In this document: piece by piece, positions 11,647 to 19,879 of the stretch | How the letters are laid out: every line of letters begins with the position of its first letter | Numbering within the stretch: position 1 is the first letter of the stretch | Assembly (NCBI GenBank): GCA_033763255.1 | Contig: JANRKX010000083.1 | Coordinates: 19,061 to 83,060, forward strand | Direction of reading: 5' to 3' | Length of the DNA: 64,000 nucleotides | Source: Acidobacteriota bacterium | Lineage (GTDB): Bacteria; Acidobacteriota; Blastocatellia; RBC074 | Position numbers and translations under genes: made by a program | The notes under the pieces: generated by a model | Seen by the model: the letters and a program-made list of their open reading frames with translations, nothing else | The model's database searches: none | Told to the model about the DNA's origin: nothing

Positions 11647-14087
11647 AGACCGAAAGACCACAGTTTGAATTGGCGCATGTTTCTGTTGATGAAACAAAGG
11701 GCTCGCCAGAAATTATTCCAGTTAGTCAGGTACCCCAAAGTGCTAACCTAGCGCGACGGGGCTTTTTGGGCATCGGAATCGGGGCAGCCTCGGCGCTGCT
11801 TTTCATTGATGGTAAGGCAGCAGACAGAGGGAACGGCGAACATTCGCAAGTGGACTCAACTTCGGGCGCGGACGACGCCAGCGGCACTTTTACGCCAGCG
11901 CCAAGCAACGTGTTGAAGGCCCATCGAGGGAGTGTTAATGCCTTGGCAGTAAGTCCTGACGGAAAGACCATCATCTCTGGCTCAGGCGACAATACGATCA
12001 AACTGTGGTCATTGGCCGACGGTAAATTGCGCTCCACCCTCGAAGGGCATCGCAGTGAAGTCAAAGCATTGGCGATCAGCCCGGATGGAACAAAACTCTC
12101 ATCCCGCGACGCAAGCAGGACAATTAAGCTTTGGTCATTGTCATTGCCTGAAGGTCGGCTGTTATCCACGCCGCATGGCGTCAAATCATTGGCGATTAGC
12201 CCCAATGGGAAAATACTGGCCTCTGCGGCAGGAGAGAAAGACATTCAGCTATGGTCATTGTCAGAACGTAAGATGCTTGCCACGCTGGAAGGGCATACGA
12301 AAAGCGTCAGAATGCTGGCAATTTCACCCAATGGAAATATCCTGGCGTCCAGCGCCGATGATAGGAGCATAAAGCTGTGGTCATTGCCCGAAGGGAAGCT
12401 GCTTGCCACTTTCCAAACAGATGCTGAGTCAGTCCACCAGATTACGTTCGCTGCCGACAGTAAAGCATTGCTATCACGTTCCACGAATGGCATAGCCAAG
12501 CTGTGGTCATTGCCCGAAGGAAAGTTGCTTACCACACAATCCGGGGTTCGCGTCTCAGCAATCAGCCCCGATGGAAAGAATTTGGCATTGGCATCAGTAG
12601 ATATCAGAATTGTACCCGTGTCCAAAGGCAAGGCACTGACTCTTAAAGGACATAGCGCGGCTGTCAACTCGCTGGCATTTACCCCTGATGGAAGCTTGTT
12701 GGCCTCAGGCTCGGAAGATCACTTCTCCCCGATCAGGCTTTGGTCATTAGCAAAAGGAAAGCTGCTATCCACAGTTCAAGGAGACAAAGTTTTAGGAATC
12801 ACTGCTGATGGAAAAACGCTTCTATCGGCTTCTTCGGATGGTAATCTTGGCCTCTGGTCACTGCCCGATGCGAAATTACTTGCGACCGTTAATGCAAAGA
12901 TCATTTGGAACAGCATATTTGCGATCAGCCCTGACGGAAAGATGTTGGTAGTCGCTTCCAATGATGGGACTACCGCTTTATGGTCGCTCCCTGAAGGCAA
13001 GCTGCTTACAACTCTCCGAGGAAGCACGGAAGCAGTCGAAGCAATAGCAATCAGTCCTGACGGAAACATATTGGCCTGTGGCCTTGAGGATAGCACGATC
13101 AAGCTTTGGTCATTGCCCGAAGGTAAGTTCATCGCCAGCCTTGCCTCGTATCCGGAGTTTGTCGAAAAGTTGGCGATCACTCCAAACGGGAAAACGCTGG
13201 CCACCATCGAAGGTAAGGCCATCAAGCTTTGGTCATTGCCTGAAGGCAGATTGCTTTCTACCTTTGAAGACCATCAGGGATATATCAAGGCGTTAGCCGT
13301 AAGTCCTGACGGGCGCATCCTGTTATCAGGGGATAGTGAGGGCGTGGTTATCCTTTGGGATTTGGAAAAGCATTCCTTCCTCAGCTTTCTCTTTGACTCA
13401 AAGCAAAACGAGAAGGACGCAATTTCTTACAACGTCTATGATCACACCAGCGGTCGCTTCATAACGTATATTCTGCCTTGCGGCTCCCCGATTCCCGCAG
13501 GGGCGACCTGTACTTGCAATTGCGTTCCAGGAACCTTTGGAAAACGAATTTCCGATCCGCCACTTCGCCCGACAATTATTTCCCCTTCGCCTTCGCCAAC
13601 AATTTCTCCCTTGCCAGAGCCGAGCGGCGGTTCTCGTAGTAGCACCCAACCATGTGGCCAGCCTATCCCGCCAGGTCAGACTTGCACCTGTAATTGCATT
13701 CCTTCTGACCGCGATGTCAAAGAAGCCTTCGAAGCCACTGACCCGATGCTGATTCTGCAACGTCTATCTGAGCTACCAATCCAAACCTGGAACTACAAAT
13801 GGAATGACGCCGCCGTACGCCACATTGGACCGATGGCGCAGGATTTCGCGGCGGCCTTTGCCGTTGGGGAAGACGACAAGCATATCTGCACTGTGGATGC
13901 ACAAGGTGTCGCCTTAGCAGCCATCCAAGGACTGTATCGAATCCTGCAAGAAAAAGACGCTCAGTTGGAAGATCAGCGTGGTCAGACGGAAAGTTTACGG
14001 GAACAGTTGCAGCAGCAACAGAGCGAGAATCTGGATTTCAAGACCAGGATTGAGGCTTTGGAATGCTCAATCATCACGAGGAAGTAA
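11643..14087 (+). CDS. Tat-signal WD40 protein with two Cys-rich repeats and C-terminal peptidase S74 (intramolecular chaperone/auto-processing) domain plus coiled coil
   Basis: ARRGFLG followed by hydrophobic stretch; about a dozen AISPDG...KLWSLPEG repeats; PCGxPIPxGxTCTCNC x2; SDRDVK...WNYK...HIGPMAQDF...GVALAAIQGL; ATGA overlap with the rSAM stop. Confidence 0.85.
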   Translation: MKTERPQFELAHVSVDETKGSPEIIPVSQVPQSANLARRGFLGIGIGAASALLFIDGKAADRGNGEHSQVDSTSGADDASGTFTPAPSNVLKAHRGSVNALAVSPDGKTIISGSGDNTIKLWSLADGKLRSTLEGHRSEVKALAISPDGTKLSSRDASRTIKLWSLSLPEGRLLSTPHGVKSLAISPNGKILASAAGEKDIQLWSLSERKMLATLEGHTKSVRMLAISPNGNILASSADDRSIKLWSLPEGKLLATFQTDAESVHQITFAADSKALLSRSTNGIAKLWSLPEGKLLTTQSGVRVSAISPDGKNLALASVDIRIVPVSKGKALTLKGHSAAVNSLAFTPDGSLLASGSEDHFSPIRLWSLAKGKLLSTVQGDKVLGITADGKTLLSASSDGNLGLWSLPDAKLLATVNAKIIWNSIFAISPDGKMLVVASNDGTTALWSLPEGKLLTTLRGSTEAVEAIAISPDGNILACGLEDSTIKLWSLPEGKFIASLASYPEFVEKLAITPNGKTLATIEGKAIKLWSLPEGRLLSTFEDHQGYIKALAVSPDGRILLSGDSEGVVILWDLEKHSFLSFLFDSKQNEKDAISYNVYDHTSGRFITYILPCGSPIPAGATCTCNCVPGTFGKRISDPPLRPTIISPSPSPTISPLPEPSGGSRSSTQPCGQPIPPGQTCTCNCIPSDRDVKEAFEATDPMLILQRLSELPIQTWNYKWNDAAVRHIGPMAQDFAAAFAVGEDDKHICTVDAQGVALAAIQGLYRILQEKDAQLEDQRGQTESLREQLQQQQSENLDFKTRIEALECSIITRK

Positions 14088-14090
14088 ATT

Positions 14091-14873
14091 ATGCGTAGGC
14101 TACAGGTGATATGTTTACTTGCTGCGGTTGGACTGTTACCCACCGGCTGCGCAGCCATGAAACCAGACGCCACAACAAAAAAGGATGAGATTACCCTCTT
14201 GGTAGATGCTGCGGCCAATGGGGAACGGGATCAGGTGAGCGCGATGTTGAAATCGAGCGAGGTAATGGCGCGACTCAAACAATTCGACGGCAAGCTGGCC
14301 ATCACGCCGCTGCACGCCGCCGCCGCCAAAGGCCAAGTCGAAATCTTGCAACTGCTACTCGATAGTGGGCTGCCGGTGGATGCAAAGGACGATAAGGGGC
14401 AGACGCCGCTGCATATCGCTGTGGGCGAGCGTCAGCGAGAAGCTGTTAGCCTACTGCTGGAGCGAAAGGCCAACCCCGATGCGAAATCCAGTTCGACTCA
14501 TTTTAGCGGCGAGCGCATCTCTACTGGACATGCCGAACTGACGCCACTTTCTTTGGCGGCTAATAGCGGTAACGTGGATATGCTCAAGCTGCTATTGGAC
14601 AACGGCGCTAACATTGACCGCGGCGGCAGCACTGCTACGCCGCTTTATTTTGCCGCTGCTGGCGGTCACGAAGATGCGGTGAAATATCTGCTCAAGCACG
14701 GCGCCAAAGTCAAAACGTGGATCACCTATCAGGCAATCGAAGACTCACAGCCAAAGACGGCGAAACTACTGCGAGAACACTTTTGCCGACGCGAAATGCC
14801 GCAGCCCATAGGAATTGCCAGTTTGGATCGCGCAACTTATGACCTGAGAAAGATGGCAGGATGTGTGCGATGA
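14091..14873 (+). CDS. Ankyrin-repeat lipoprotein
   Basis: Signal peptide with lipobox-like LPTGC; TPLHAAA, TPLHIAV, TPLSLAA, TPLYFAA repeats. Confidence 0.85.
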   Translation: MRRLQVICLLAAVGLLPTGCAAMKPDATTKKDEITLLVDAAANGERDQVSAMLKSSEVMARLKQFDGKLAITPLHAAAAKGQVEILQLLLDSGLPVDAKDDKGQTPLHIAVGERQREAVSLLLERKANPDAKSSSTHFSGERISTGHAELTPLSLAANSGNVDMLKLLLDNGANIDRGGSTATPLYFAAAGGHEDAVKYLLKHGAKVKTWITYQAIEDSQPKTAKLLREHFCRREMPQPIGIASLDRATYDLRKMAGCVR

Positions 14874-14925
14874 CTTGAACAAGTTCGCGCCTTCTCAGCA
14901 AAGAGGAATTGATATGAGGTGAAGT

Positions 14926-15447
14926 ATGGATAACCCGGAGATTGCAGAACAGGCCACCGTGCCCAGTGCGGATGCCGCATCCGTCGCCGTCAAGAAAGCT
15001 ACGTACATTTGCACCCATTGCGATGCTGTGATTGCGGAGCCACGTCCGGCGACGAAGGCGAAAGGCACGTTTGTTTGCGAGCATGGGCATGAAGTCAAAT
15101 CCATTGAATCTTTTGGAAAGGCATTAGTCGGCGGGTTTATGGGTGGAATCGGCCTCTTTCTGATTTTCGTTCTCTTGCCCTTCGGCGTGTTGTATGTCCT
15201 CCCGTGGAAGATTATTCAAATAGCTTTCTTCTTCGTCGCCGTGATGGGAATAGGCGGAATTTATTATGGTCCCTACTTGGTGCTAAAGAGCTTCTTTTAT
15301 GTTTTGCGCTCGGCTACCGTGCGGCGCTTAGCGAGTGGCACGCTTGGAATGGGCTTGGGATTGTTTATGGGCAGCGCCGGGTCTTATGGTCTCTTCCTTT
15401 ACCTGTATGGCCTAGTAGATTTCTTTCGTGTTATCTATCCAAAATGA
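14926..15447 (+). CDS. Hypothetical membrane protein with N-terminal zinc-ribbon-like motif
   Basis: CTHC...CEHGH then about 3 hydrophobic helices; GAGG RBS. Confidence 0.65.
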   Translation: MDNPEIAEQATVPSADAASVAVKKATYICTHCDAVIAEPRPATKAKGTFVCEHGHEVKSIESFGKALVGGFMGGIGLFLIFVLLPFGVLYVLPWKIIQIAFFFVAVMGIGGIYYGPYLVLKSFFYVLRSATVRRLASGTLGMGLGLFMGSAGSYGLFLYLYGLVDFFRVIYPK

Positions 15448-15529
15448 GATGTCCTCAGCGCGGCGGTTAGCAACAATGGCAGCGAAGTTCGCAGCTTCGT
15501 CGCCATAGTTGCCGGAGGCCATTAGGGGA

Positions 15530-16220
15530 TCATTTCCGTCGGCGGTTCTTTTTGCGCGAGGCGCGGGCAAGTTTGTTTTTATGGCGGGATTTGTCGCGTT
15601 CTTTTTTCGATTTCTCGACAGGTTTGAGGTCAGAAGCAGACAGGCCATCAAATAGAGACGGGCCAGGTTCGGGCAGCGGAATGCCGAGGAAGCTGCCAGA
15701 CTTCTGCCGGAGGTTGTACAAAGCCGTGAATGTTTTGAGGTCTTCTTCGTTTGATAGGTCAAGGCCTTCCGACCGGGCCATTGAAAAGAAAGATTTCGCC
15801 ATCCCAAAACGAGAAGGATCGTTCATCCATTTCTTGAAGTCCGCCGGTTTCACCGCGCGCAGGTAGCGCAGGATGTTTTCCGCGTTCGACAGTTGATGTT
15901 CCCGCTTCAGGTATTCCCAGAAGGCGATCATCGTGGGCAATCCGTTGTCGGCGTCTTCAGGCGCGCTGAGCGAGATTTTGCGTGGGAAGACTTCGGTCAG
16001 CAGTTCTTCCATGTCGTTCGCATCCATTTCGTGGAGTGCGACGCCGATGTAAGTGAAGCCATACTCAATGATGGATTTGGCCCAAAAAGCCATTCCATCG
16101 TCCGCTTCCGCGCTCGCCTTCGGGCGATTCGGCAAACAGATTGAGCAACTCATCCTGGTATTCGTAAAACTCTTCTTCGCCAGGTTCGATGTCGTCAAGC
16201 TATCTGATATCAAAAGACAT
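15530..16220 (-). pseudogene. Disrupted hypothetical protein gene (acidic N-terminus, basic RKKNRRRK tail)
   Basis: From ATG 16220 reads MSFDIR*LDDIEPGEEEFYEYQDELLNLFAESPEG (TAG at 16200-16202); a frameshift near 16100-16120 is then needed to join the 227-aa ORF frame. Confidence 0.6.
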
Positions 16221-16331
16221 ATTCAATGCAAATCAATGAGTAAAACAGAGCAAATACACGAAAAGCCAAGTTTCTTTGTATTTACTGTTTTCGGTTAAAA
16301 GAGATGTTCGCCGATCCAGCCCCTACTTTTG

Positions 16332-17765
16332 TTATTTCGCCGCGCCTGAAGCTGCCGGGTTTTGTTTCGGCGGCATTTGGAACGGATAAACGTCCGGCGT
16401 GACGCGAACTCCGCTGGTGAATTTGAATGGGTACTTGCCGCCGCTGGGGAAAGTCATTTCGACAAAGTACGCCGTAAAGCCGGCTTCGGGCTTGGCCATT
16501 TTGCCTACGTAAACGCCCGGTTTGACCGCTTGCAGCACTTCACTCTTGTAAGCTTTGCCGATGATGTCCACGCGGAAATCGCGCGCTTTCGGATTGGTCG
16601 CGTACCACAATTTGACCTCGGTCGGTTGCGTGACAGTGTTGACGGTGATCGAACCGTCTTTTTCAAACTTCCAACTGTAACGCGGGCGCGGAGTTCCTTT
16701 CAGCACGGATTCGTAAAACGCATCCAGCGTGAGCGGCGCATCTGTGCCATCCAAACTGTGTTTGGCGTTTGGCACGTAACGCAGATGTTTTTCGCCTTTC
16801 AAACCGTCGTAATAAAACTGTGACGAATCCGGCAAAAAGAATTCATCGCCGGTGGCGTTGATAATCATCTTGGGCATCGTCAGCCGGTCGCGGTAACTGT
16901 ACGGGTCTTCGATGTCCATCAAGGCTTTGTGTTGCGGAGTTCCCATCCAGGGAACTGTGTTCAGGTAATCGCGGACGGCAGGCGCCCAAAAACCGTAAGC
17001 TCGGTAGTGATGCTCCATGCTTTTTTCCAGATTCAGCACGTCAATCACATAAGGCACGATGGCGATGACTCGGTCGTCAACCACAGCCGTCGTCCACGTA
17101 GTCCAGCCGCGTTTCGATCCGCCGCTGACAATGAACTTTTCGACTTTTGCGGATTTCTTGCCGCCTTCGGCGCTGGCTGCAACCGAAGTGATTGTGTCCA
17201 GTGCGCGCACACCGGCTTTGGTCATTGGCAATCGCAACGGCCAGTTTTCGTCGCCGGTTCGCATGAACTTTTCCCACGTGTAAGAAATGATCGCGTCTTC
17301 GTTGCGAGATTTGGTTTCACCCGCAAAGGTCAGCGGTTCGTAAGGAACCATCTTCAATTCGGCGACAACCGATTTCGTACGCACAGCCATGTCCGTGAAA
17401 ATTCCATTCGGAACGCCGGGTTCTTTACTGTTGACCGAACCGCCGGAAATGAACAGAAAAGCGTTTGGCGAAACAACTTCGTCGGGTTGGATGATCGTCA
17501 TCCAGTGTTCCCAGATTGGCTTGTCAACTTCGGCGGCGGTGCGCCATTGCTGCGAAGTCATGCGAACCATGTAAACCGTGAAGCCTTCTTTCTTAACTGT
17601 GTTGGTGATGTTGTATTTGTAGTTTGAATCCGGCTTGGCTACGTAACGATCCAGCGCGGTCAGCTTTTTGCCTTTGCGCTGTTTGGCGTCGGTGTGGCCG
17701 ACGAAAGCGAAGAAAGCCAGAAGAAGCGCGACGTAACAAAAGAAGAAGCGGCGATTGATGGTCAT
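16332..17765 (-). CDS. PhoPQ-activated pathogenicity-related (PqaA-family) alpha/beta hydrolase, secreted
   Basis: MTSQQW, GGSKRGWTTW nucleophile motif, DEFFLPD, PNAKHSL; signal peptide from ATG 17765. Confidence 0.85.
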   Translation of the reverse strand: MTINRRFFFCYVALLLAFFAFVGHTDAKQRKGKKLTALDRYVAKPDSNYKYNITNTVKKEGFTVYMVRMTSQQWRTAAEVDKPIWEHWMTIIQPDEVVSPNAFLFISGGSVNSKEPGVPNGIFTDMAVRTKSVVAELKMVPYEPLTFAGETKSRNEDAIISYTWEKFMRTGDENWPLRLPMTKAGVRALDTITSVAASAEGGKKSAKVEKFIVSGGSKRGWTTWTTAVVDDRVIAIVPYVIDVLNLEKSMEHHYRAYGFWAPAVRDYLNTVPWMGTPQHKALMDIEDPYSYRDRLTMPKMIINATGDEFFLPDSSQFYYDGLKGEKHLRYVPNAKHSLDGTDAPLTLDAFYESVLKGTPRPRYSWKFEKDGSITVNTVTQPTEVKLWYATNPKARDFRVDIIGKAYKSEVLQAVKPGVYVGKMAKPEAGFTAYFVEMTFPSGGKYPFKFTSGVRVTPDVYPFQMPPKQNPAASGAAK

Positions 17766-17796
17766 TGGGAAAGCTCCGGGAATTTTGAGCAAGAGG

Positions 17797-17894
17797 CATT
17801 AGCCACTGACCATTCGCCATTATCCATTAACCGATTGGGTATAAACCTTACCCTATCGGTTAATGGATGATGGTCAATGGCTAATGGTTAATGG
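17797..17894. repeat. Heptamer tandem-repeat hairpin (CCATTAA/TTAATGG type)
   Basis: cattagc cactgac cattcgc cattatc cattaac ... gttaatg gatgatg gtcaatg gctaatg gttaatg. Confidence 0.7.
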
Positions 17895-17908
17895 AGCTTT
17901 TGCTGTGG

Positions 17909-18877
17909 TTACTGTTTCAGCTTTTCAGCTTCGGCGGTCAGCGCGGGAACGATTTCGAACAAGTCGCCGACGATTCCGTAATCGGCGATTTCAAAGATCG
18001 GCGCTTCCTTGTCTTTGTTGATGGCGACGATGGTGCGCGAACCTTTCATTCCGACCAGGTGTTGAATCGCGCCGGAAATGCCTACGGCCAAGTACATTTT
18101 CGGAGCAACGGTTTGTCCCGAAGAGCCAATCTGGCGATCCATCGGCAGCCATTCGTTGTCGCAAATCGGACGCGAAGCCGAAAGTTCCGCTCCCATTGCA
18201 TCGGCCAATTTCTTGACGATCTCGATGTTCTTCTGTTCCTTAATGCCGCGACCGACGGAAACGATCAGCGGAGCGGCGGTCAAATCCACAGCGGCTTTGG
18301 CTTCCTTGAATCGCTCTTCGGGCTGCTGACGAACGGCTTCGACATTGACGGTCAACGCTTTGACTTCAGCCTGACCGGCTTCGCATTCGTCTCCGCGAAA
18401 GCTGCCGATCTGAAAACTGACGAAGTGCGGTTTGTCGCCGACTGGCACGACATCGGCGGCCATCTTGCCTTGAAAAACTTGTCGAGTCAGGACGAGTTCG
18501 CCGCCTTCGACTTTGTGGGCGATGCAATCGCCGACCAGCGCGCGGCGCAAACTCGCAGCGAGTTTCGGTGCGAAGTCGCGGACTTCGTACGTGTGAGTCA
18601 TCAGAACCAGTTCCGGTTGGAGTTGTTCGATGACTTGTTTGAACGCCGCCGAATAACCGTCGGCGGTGTATGACTTCAGCGCGTCATTTTCGACCGTGTA
18701 AACCGCGCCGAGTTTTTTCGCTGCAATTTCGCCAGCCGCAGAGCCAACTCCGCTGCCAAAAATCACTGCCGAAATCGCTTGTCCTGTTGCGCCGCTGATT
18801 AACTGAGCCGCGCGCACTGCTTCGTAAGATGCTTTGTTGACCTTGCCGTCAACGTGTTCGATGAAAACTAAAATCAT
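17909..18877 (-). CDS. etfA: Electron transfer flavoprotein alpha subunit
   Basis: QIGSSGQTVAPKMYLAVGISGAIQHLVGM, INKDKEAPIF. Confidence 0.95.
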   Translation of the reverse strand: MILVFIEHVDGKVNKASYEAVRAAQLISGATGQAISAVIFGSGVGSAAGEIAAKKLGAVYTVENDALKSYTADGYSAAFKQVIEQLQPELVLMTHTYEVRDFAPKLAASLRRALVGDCIAHKVEGGELVLTRQVFQGKMAADVVPVGDKPHFVSFQIGSFRGDECEAGQAEVKALTVNVEAVRQQPEERFKEAKAAVDLTAAPLIVSVGRGIKEQKNIEIVKKLADAMGAELSASRPICDNEWLPMDRQIGSSGQTVAPKMYLAVGISGAIQHLVGMKGSRTIVAINKDKEAPIFEIADYGIVGDLFEIVPALTAEAEKLKQ

Positions 18878-18886
18878 TCTGCCTCC

Positions 18887-18954
18887 AGTAGACAGTAGTC
18901 AGTAGACAGTAGACAGAATGGCCAGCGGCTACTGTCTACTGTCTACTGTCTACT
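18887..18954. repeat. Heptamer tandem-repeat hairpin (AGTAGAC/GTCTACT)
   Basis: agtagac agtagtc agtagac agtagac ... ctactgt ctactgt ctactgt ctact between etfB and etfA. Confidence 0.75.
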
Positions 18955-18959
18955 TCCGA

Positions 18960-19739
18960 TTAAAAAACGCGAGCCTCATTTTTCAGCTTGTCCATCAACC
19001 TGGCGGCGATTTCAGACGCGGAGCCTTCGATGAACTGAGTCTGTTTGGATTTTTGCGGCACGTAGATTTTGCGAATCTGCGTTTTCGGAGCCAGATCGTC
19101 CGCCGACAAACCGATGGCTGCCGCATCCAGCTTCTTAATTTCTTTTTTCTTGGCCGCCATGATTCCTTTCAGCGTGGCGTAACGCAGCGTATTGATGCCG
19201 GATTGAATCGTCAGCACCGCCGGAGCAGGGAAGCTGACCCATTGGAAAAATCCGTTTTCCAGTTCGCGTTTGACTTTGATCTTGCCGTCTTCGGATTGAA
19301 CATCCATGACGATGGTGGCGTGCGGAGTTCCCAGCAGTTCAGCCGCGATGACTCCGGTTTGCGCGTAACCGTGATCGTCGGATTGCAATCCGGTCAGCAG
19401 CAGATCGAAACCTTCTGCCTTTGCCGCCGCCGCAATCACCGAAGCCGCGCCGAAAGCGTCCAGGCTGTCGAACGTGGCATCTTCCAGATGCAAGCCACGG
19501 TCGGCTCCGCGCGCCAGAGCTTCCTTGATGACGGATTGCGCGCGCGCCGGGCCTAGGCTAAGCGCGATGACTTCGCCGCCGTGCTTTTCTTTCAGTTGCA
19601 GCGCGGCTTCCAAACCGTACTGATCGGATTCGTTGATCTCGTAAGTCAGGTCTCGATCCTGAATCCAGGTTCCTTGTTCGTTGATGCGAAGAATTGAATC
19701 GTTCTTCGGCACCTGTTTCAGACAGACGATAATTTTCAT
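18960..19739 (-). CDS. etfB: Electron transfer flavoprotein beta subunit
   Basis: MKIIVCLKQVP, GADRG, GLQSDD, RYATLKGIMAAKKK. Confidence 0.95.
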   Translation of the reverse strand: MKIIVCLKQVPKNDSILRINEQGTWIQDRDLTYEINESDQYGLEAALQLKEKHGGEVIALSLGPARAQSVIKEALARGADRGLHLEDATFDSLDAFGAASVIAAAAKAEGFDLLLTGLQSDDHGYAQTGVIAAELLGTPHATIVMDVQSEDGKIKVKRELENGFFQWVSFPAPAVLTIQSGINTLRYATLKGIMAAKKKEIKKLDAAAIGLSADDLAPKTQIRKIYVPQKSKQTQFIEGSASEIAARLMDKLKNEARVF

Positions 19740-19879
19740 AACGACTCCTGTCGCAGTTGAGATATTCCTGCAAAATTGCTTGGGATTAAGACGTGAAATG
19801 CCGCTGAATGAATGCTCATTCAGCGGCGGATTTATACTTGATGGATTTCAATCCGGCAACCGGATGAAAAGCGTAGGCC

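Noticed and set aside
13704-14087. Prophage tail gene suggested by the S74 domain
   Set aside because: No phage structural, integrase or lysis genes nearby; the domain is fused to a Tat-signal WD40 protein.
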